Assembly: GCA_044892525.1 (NCBI GenBank)
Contig: CM097885.1
Span: 139,500,001 to 139,564,000, forward strand
Origin: Schmidtea polychroa
Taxonomy: Eukaryota
Direction of reading: 5' to 3'
DNA: 64,000 nucleotides
Both the position numbers and the translations under genes were made by a program. How positions within the stretch are numbered: position 1 is the stretch's first letter; each line of letters starts with the position of its first letter. The notes beneath the pieces were generated by a model. That model was not told the DNA's origin and searched no databases. It saw only the letters and a list, made by a program, of their open reading frames with translations. Shown here one piece after another: positions 56,957 through 64,000 of the stretch.

Positions 56957-57372
56957 CCGTCTTTTTCCGAAAATAAGACACTGTCTTACTATTTTTTTGG
57001 TCCAAAATACGCGCAAGGGCTTAATTTCGGTGGAGGGCCAAAATAAAAGTATATTTATATTTTTTTATTAAATATTTATTTTACACATAATGCAGAAATT
57101 TAAATTTATTCAACTACAGTCATGTCATCTTCTGGATCATCGTCATAAATAAAATTCTGAATTATATTCTGATTTTCTATCAAATCCATTTCCTGTTGAA
57201 TCATTGGTCCGAATCTCTCATGTCTTGCGATATAGCTATCGTTAAATGAATATTTCTTGTCTAAGTAGCCTGTTTGTAGTGCATTGGAAACATCACTATC
57301 AGTTATTTTGTCCCATGATTTTTTTACCCAATTCACAACTTCTATAATTAATTTACTATTATTATTTACCAT
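56957..57372 (-). mobile_element. pogo/Tigger-like transposon 3' remnant
   Basis: VVNWVKKSWDKI resembles the DDE_1 C-terminus. TA-CCGTCTTTTTCCGAAAATAAGACAC is a pogo-like end. Confidence 0.55.
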
Positions 57373-58884
57373 AAATATATTTTCCTATTGATAATAAATT
57401 CTATTTTTAATTGGATCCTATTTTTGGTCATTTTAAATTTCTATTTTATTATTTTACCTTAATTTCAATTGCTCTGGCCCACTCCCTATCGACCAAACCC
57501 TAACACCGTCACTGACCATGTAAAACTAATGTTATAATTAGAAACATCAATCACAAAGCAATTAAAACAATATTAATTTTGGTCGTCAATGTTATGTTTC
57601 GACATAATTAAAAATAAAATTTTAAAATCTATATTTCTACAAATTTTAAAGATTTAGACAATTCACATTTTGTGCTAGTCGCTTTGTGTAAATGATGATG
57701 TTTCTTAATCACAATAACAAATATTTAAACAAAAACAAATAAATTAAATTTGACAACAATTTGTATTTTTAAATGAGGACTTTATAAAAATTAATTAAAT
57801 TAATTTAAGACTTGTTCAATTTATGAACTTATTTTACTTAATACTAAATTAGTGCGATGAAAAGAAAAACCATACCGTGCCTGTGCCAGTAGAATTGCAT
57901 TCTTTATCATCTTATCAATTTCAAGATTGCCCAACCGATATAACGAAATGTACTAGTATTTCTCTCACTGGAACTATGTTATGTCAAGGACACAATGCAA
58001 TATCTGAGATTAGCTCTCCCGGATCATCAAGAACATTTCGAAAAATATTCAAAAATAACCTCAATAAAACATCTAGCTATGATAAAATCCTAATGTCTAA
58101 TGGTTATTTTTATTTGTTTATAAATTTTTCAATAATTTATTTGTATTTAATTTTTTAACCCTGTTGACACATTTTCTAAATCTTTAATGGTATACTGCGT
58201 GTGTTTTTGGGCTGATCCTTTAAGATTTTGAAAATTTCTTTTTGCAAAAATACACAGCTCGTTAAATCTAGACATTTTACTGACCACAGCTTTTCATAAC
58301 ACCAAACGTATATAATGTTCACTAGTATGCAAATTTATTTTTTATGAATTTATGAACTTATTTTACTTAATACTAAGTTATATATATCTTTTTTAAAATA
58401 TATTTTTTAATTAGTAAATTATTGTAGTCGGCTTCTAAAAATTTACTCGTCCTCCCGATGTGATCTGAAAATATCAAAGTTATATGGGTGATGGATTGTA
58501 GACGGCACCTCTACAAAGGGAACTATGAAAGTAGTATTCAAATAACAGGGGTTATAAATGAATTTACAACAGCAAATATTACTAAACTATTAAAATGAAT
58601 TTTTTGTAATTAGATTTCCTTGTAAATGACAAGTTAAATAATAAGGTAAAATTTATATATACGGAAAGTGTAAATTGCTACTGAAGATGCAGCTGGAAAC
58701 CCTTGGAACCACTACCTATTGGCCACATATGTAATCTTTGTGGATACCTCTTCTTAAGGGAGATTCTTAATGAATTATCTCTAATGAGTTAGAAAACTCA
58801 TAAGTTTTAATGGACTTTTTTGAGATAAATTTTACCTCTTTCTGAATGAATTATGAAGAAGTTATGGTCAGTAAAACGATAGAT

Positions 58885-59395
58885 CTCGACAATCTTTATT
58901 ATTTTCCAAAATCTTGATGATGTGAAGATTCTCTAACTCAAAAAACAACTTTTCCCCTGGATTCGACTAACTTCCAATAAATATATGAAAAGTTGTCATT
59001 AACAAAGAGGTAAATCTCGACTATATCTATATTTTTGAAGAAAGATTTTCTAAAATCAAAAAGATTCTTCTGATAAAATTAAAATTTTCCTCCAAAAATT
59101 TATAAATGCGTGATATAATAATAAAAAATTTACAAATTAAGGCAATAAACTATCGATAAGGAAGGGGTTCTCAATAACTGTAAATGAGTTAGTTGCAAAG
59201 CTGACATCTACCTACTGCAGTGGTTCTCAACCCGTGTTCCACGGAACATCAGTGGAATGATTAATTTGCCTCTGCTAATGACCACTTTTCATACATTTAT
59301 AGGAAGTTAGTCGAATCCAAGGGAAAAGTTGTTTTTTTGAGTTAGAGAATTTTCACATCATCAAGATTTTGGAAAATTATAAAGATTGTCGAGAA
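58885..59395. repeat. Inverted repeat pair of about 115 bp (58885-59000 and 59277-59395)
   Basis: GAAGTTAGTCGAATCC...GTTAGAGAAT...CAAGATTTTGGAAAA appears in both orientations. Confidence 0.8.
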
Positions 59396-59712
59396 AAAAA
59401 TGACATTTTATCTTTAAATTTGCATTTAAGATACATATCATCAGAAACCTCAATTAATATTTTTAAGATGATTCAATAAGAAAGCCGTTACACAGATATA
59501 TAAACATTCAAATATAAAAGTGTTTTATTGCTTGTTATTGTTGCGCGTGGTATTTTCTTTGCTTATAAGAAGGCATTGTTTACGTTTACGACAGATTTAT
59601 AGTAATTTGTGATTGGTCACTCATTGTGGGCAAGTATTTTTTTGTCAGTGTTCCGCATATAAAAAATCATGTGAATGGTGCTCCGCGGTTTTATATTAAT
59701 TGAGAACCACTG
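59218..59712. mobile_element. 495-bp non-autonomous hAT MITE
   Basis: 13-bp TIR CAGTGGTTCTCAA/TTGAGAACCACTG. The 8-bp TSD ACCTACTG/ACTTACTG matches at 7 of 8 positions. Confidence 0.85.
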
Positions 59713-61739
59713 ACTTACTGTGATGAATTTATATTTTATTATGTAGATGCTTCATCCCGCACTTCTCGTGATGTAGAGTCCATTAAAACAACGCCATCAA
59801 TTATAAAGCCCAAAAGTCACACAATATCGAGATTGGAAAACAATGATGTAGATAATGATAATTTTACCGCTTATGTAATCATTTAATTGAGCCTTTTGGA
59901 AGAGTCTGTGATAAATTATTTATTTTCATGATTGTATGTGTTTATATTTGTCATTATTTTTAAATATTATAAAATTCTCTCAAGAAAAGATGAATATGTT
60001 TTTTTACTTATTTGTAGTTTTCTAGTCATTTAAAAAAATAAAATTAGTTTTTCTTTATGTTCTGTAATTTTATCTATTCAATTAATTTATTCTTTTTTGC
60101 CTTACTCATCAGCATATTCGGATAATTTTCCAAAGAATAGTAATAATTTATTATAATATCATCTGTACAAATTTGCATTACAATGCTTAGTATAGAATCT
60201 TATTCATTGAATGAATATCAACGTCAGAAATATATTTGATAAATATTCTCCTCATAACATTCTGAGTGGCATGACACAATATATGGATGGCTTTTTAGAT
60301 AATTTTAAATTATTTATAGACTAACAAAACATTACAGTAAAGATAAAATTATTCAATTTTTGTTTTTAGGTTTACCCCAATAAAAGCGCAGATTAAAAAG
60401 GAAATATCTCCAGCTAGTCCATACATCTTTTAATCACTGTATGACTTTTTTTAGAATCTACTTATAAATGCTTAATTCACGATTCGATATAGATTTATCC
60501 GCTCATTTATTGTCTGCGACGTTTTTTATCCGCAACTTTCTTGGTGGATACATTTTTTTTATTACCCATATATGAGTGAAACATTATAAGGTCAAGTAAA
60601 TCTTAAATCTTTAAAAAATGTGAAAAATTTAAAATAAAATATGTGCGAAATTTATATTTTTAAATTTAGCTAGAACTTTAGTCAGGCGGGCTAACCATTA
60701 TTTTCATTTATTCCAATTTCGTATTTTAACTAAAGATATAATGAAAGTAAAAAATTTCTAAAATATAAATTCCGTATTAACAGTTTCATTCCAAACACTA
60801 TAAACGATTTAGACATCAATTTTGTCGAAATAACAACATCAAAATATAAGGGAAGGAGATAATCAAAAAAGCCAAAGATGATAAAAGTCAAGAAAATTGA
60901 TAGATATGTTTTTTTATGTTTCAGAGTTTCTGAAGCTTTATATTGAATTTTAAGACGTCCTAATCGGAATTAGGGTTTTAAAGGTTGTTTAAAACAGAAT
61001 TTAGAATGAAATTTATGGTACAGCTAAACAAATAAATATAATTTTAAAACGCTAGGGCAGGAAGAATTTGATCGTGTTACGTTTATTGAGATAATAATTA
61101 CTATTTATAGAATTTGGTGTATTTATTTTAATATAAATAGTAATATAAATAGTAGCATTTCTGTTGAAGGACACAAATACAGATATCAAAAAGTTGAAAA
61201 CAACTATTTCGAGCGGAACAATAACTTAGCACACTTAGACAGATCAGAAACCAAAGCTACACAACCATTTCATGTTATTAGCAATAAAAATCGATCATGG
61301 GAAACTTTGCGTTGGAATTCATTTAATCAGAAAATTAGATACATTATGTTCAAGTTGCTGAATCGCATTAAATCATTGCGGTTCGTAAACTAAACTATTA
61401 ATATTTTATAGGACACCAGTATTTATCTTTTTATACTGTAGTGTTCTGGGAATAATATTTAGTAAAATCATTTAATAGGAGAAAGTATTGACCAATTTCC
61501 GGGTCAATACTATCGCGTAAAACTTCGGGAAACTACCCTCCTTTTTTACCTGTCACCTTTATCGGGCCGTTGGCGCATTTTAGAGCCCGCCTTGATTCTT
61601 TGAAATAATCTTAGGGTGGTTTGTATAACCGTTCTGTACACTTTAATAGGAACCAGTTTTTGGTGTAATTTATTTGTAATTATTTGTATAGAATAATAAA
61701 TATTTAAACCATATTGTTATTTATTTATTAAAAACCTTG

Positions 61740-63030
61740 GAGTCAGAAATATCTGGAATATCTAGAAAGTGCAAAGCACATTAAACTCAACGAAGAAGGC
61801 ATCACAACAGTTGGTTGGAGAACTTTCCATATCTTTACTTGATGTCCATTTCAAAGAAGATTTGTGCGGTACATTTATTGCTGCAGATATATCGATATGC
61901 AAAATGCGTCACGAAAAAATTCGTTCTTTTCTTGAAAAATAAACGGATCACAGAGTTCTTCGTTCAAATCACATCAAAAATCTATATACTGCAACTATGG
62001 ATAACATTAACGTTGCATTAAAAACCGTTTTTTGTGGTTGTCAATTGATGAAACTACAGATGCTGCTGGTAGATACGTGTCAAATATTATCATTGGAATT
62101 TTGGATAATGATTAGCTGATTTCAAACAAAAAATGTTTATTGAATATTGCACTTCTTGATTCGGCTAAACGCAAAACAATTGCTAGATTACTTGATGATT
62201 CGGTTAGAAGTTTGGATGAAAACTTTGACAAAAATTTGATTTTGCTTTTTATATCAGACGCTGCACCTTATATGGTAAAGGCTGCAAAAACTATATAACC
62301 ATTTTACCCAAAAATAACTCATTTGACATGTCTTGCCCATGGTCTCCACCGAGTATGCGAGCAAAATCGAGGATTATATCCAAATGCTGGTCGTTTGATT
62401 TCAAGTTTAAAAAAAGTATTCCTGAAGGCACCTTCCAGAGACGAGATTATTAAACATATGGAACCCAGATTAACACTTCCACCACAACCTGTACTCGCCC
62501 AATAAAGAACATGGCTTCAAGCAGTTAACTGCTACGTCATAAATTTCGACCAAATTTCACATGTATTTGAAATGTTAGACAAAGATGAAGCAGCTTCAAT
62601 TAAAGCATCGCATGACCTCCTCAACGATTTTACATTAAGAGCTGATATCATTTTTATCGCATCCAATTATGGATTTCTCAAACAGCCCATTAAGCTAGTG
62701 GTTCAAATTAAGATCGTAACGGGCGTCAATTATTAAATTAACGGCATAAATGCTGGAAGTACAATTAAAGAAAAACTCGTCTGTGATTGAAAAAAACGTT
62801 GAATTTGCTGTACTGAGAAATATTTCTGATTCTTAAATAAGAATACGAATCAATGAATTTGATTTTAAAGCATATACGATTCGCGAAATTTTGGCATTTA
62901 AATTCGCACTGACATCTTCTGTTGATGTTGAAAGAATTTTTTCAATGTATAAGAATGTTTTTAAATCAAACAAGAAATTCTTTTTATTTGAAAACTTGAG
63001 AGAAATATTTGTCATATATTGTAATAGCAA
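61740..63030 (+). pseudogene. Decayed hAT-superfamily (CGGBP/DUF659-like) transposase
   Basis: LWLSIDETTDAAGRYV, ISDAAPYM, HLTCLAHGLHRV, SVDVERIFSMYKNV, with stops and frameshifts. Confidence 0.85.
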
Positions 63031-63387
63031 TATAAATTAATCTCTTTGTTTAATAACTCTATTTTATTATAAAATTTCGTCTTCTTTTCGAAATTTTGGA
63101 ATAAATATCATATTTTGTTAATTTTGTTTTAATTTGATATGGCATATTTTAAGCACATATAATGGCTTTTATAGTGCGTATTTTCGGTTGCCCTAATTAT
63201 TACATTATCATAATTTATTTACCCCGTATTGGCGCTCGGATGAGTCTCAATGCGCTCCGGGCTACTTTAGTGCTCGGGTTCCCAATGACCTCAGACTTCC
63301 CATTAGTTCGAACTTCCCACTACAGATTAATTAACTTTAATTAATTTGTTTTATTTCTTTATAACTTCCCCCGTGAATTCCTTATTA

Positions 63388-64000
63388 CAGGGTTTCCAAA
63401 AAAGTTTCATCCTTTTCCAGAAAAGTTTCATCCTTTTCCAAAAAAGTTTCATCCTTTTTTAAAAACGTTTCATCGACAAATATTAAAATAAATTAAAAAG
63501 GAAGTACACGATTAAGGTAATTATTTAAAAATCTTCATCAGCAAAAGCTTTCCCAATAAACGAAAGCATGTTAGAAAAGTAGCCTTCGCAATCCTCTTCC
63601 GTAATTAAACTGCTGGCTGATCGAATCGCATCCAAAAGCTGTTCTTTGGTATCACAGTTTGCATCTTTGATCAGACCTTTCCACTTCGAGAATAAATTCT
63701 CAATTGGATTTAGTTGCGGGCTATAAGACGGCAAGAATAATACACTATGCCCTTCGCTATTGATCAATTCTCTTATGGCTATCATTTTGTGGAAAGGAAC
63801 ATTATCCATCACAAAACACCGGTTCGTAATTCCTTCAGATCTCAACTTCTCACACAAATTAGCAATAAATAGTCCATATTTTTCACCGTTGTAAGCTGAA
63901 AAAATGTATTCGAAAAAATAAATACCATTCTGAGTGATTGCGGCGGATATTGAAATATTTTGGCTTCTGATAGCTCTGACAATTTTTCTTGGGGAAGTTC
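63388..64000 (-). mobile_element. Tc1/IS630-family transposon 3' end (runs off the window)
   Basis: VMDNVPFH, FLPSYSPQLNPIENLFSKWK. TA|CAGGG end with 21-bp subterminal repeats (AAAGTTTCATCCTTTT) at 63400-63475. Confidence 0.88.

Noticed and set aside
61053-63195. Full hAT element boundaries from a TAGGGCA/TGCCCTA inverted pair
   Set aside because: Only a 7-bp match, and the flanking 8-mers do not form a TSD. Only the transposase remnant is reported.

Overview
AT-rich, gapped eukaryotic (probably animal) genomic DNA. Positions 15167-45597 hold one near-intact giant Ty3/Gypsy (Metaviridae-type) LTR retroelement on the minus strand, called element A here. It is 30.4 kb long, with two near-identical 4.2-kb TGTTG...CAACA LTRs, a 4-bp CAAA target-site duplication and a tRNA-Pro-like PBS. 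Its main gene is one 4618-codon reading frame (38266-24413) interrupted by only two in-frame stops. The domain order is Gag (3 CCHC knuckles), three ubiquitin-like domains, a Bcl-2-like domain, a signal peptide plus chuvirus-type glycoprotein plus TM, protease, RT, RNase H, integrase, two ankyrin blocks, and a signal peptide plus FN3-like domain plus TM. The element also carries an IAP-type RING ORF in the leader, an ORF inside the LTR, and five downstream ORFs including a complete intronless TRAF. The leader contains a covarying stem-loop with a palindromic apical loop and an 11-hairpin tandem array. Positions 0.7-14 kb hold a decayed sister element (C) with a 5.6-kb solo LTR of a third family (B) inserted in its leader. 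Comparing A, B and C exposes conserved cis-RNA structures and an LTR-encoded protein family. Size and LTR length match the Burro giant retroelements described from the planarian Schmidtea mediterranea. The host assignment is inference, and the class may already be partly described. Positions 45.6-64 kb are host-like sequence with a divergent bHLH exon and decayed Tc1/IS630, pogo and hAT DNA transposons. All domain calls were made by eye from motifs, without database searches, and domain boundaries are approximate.
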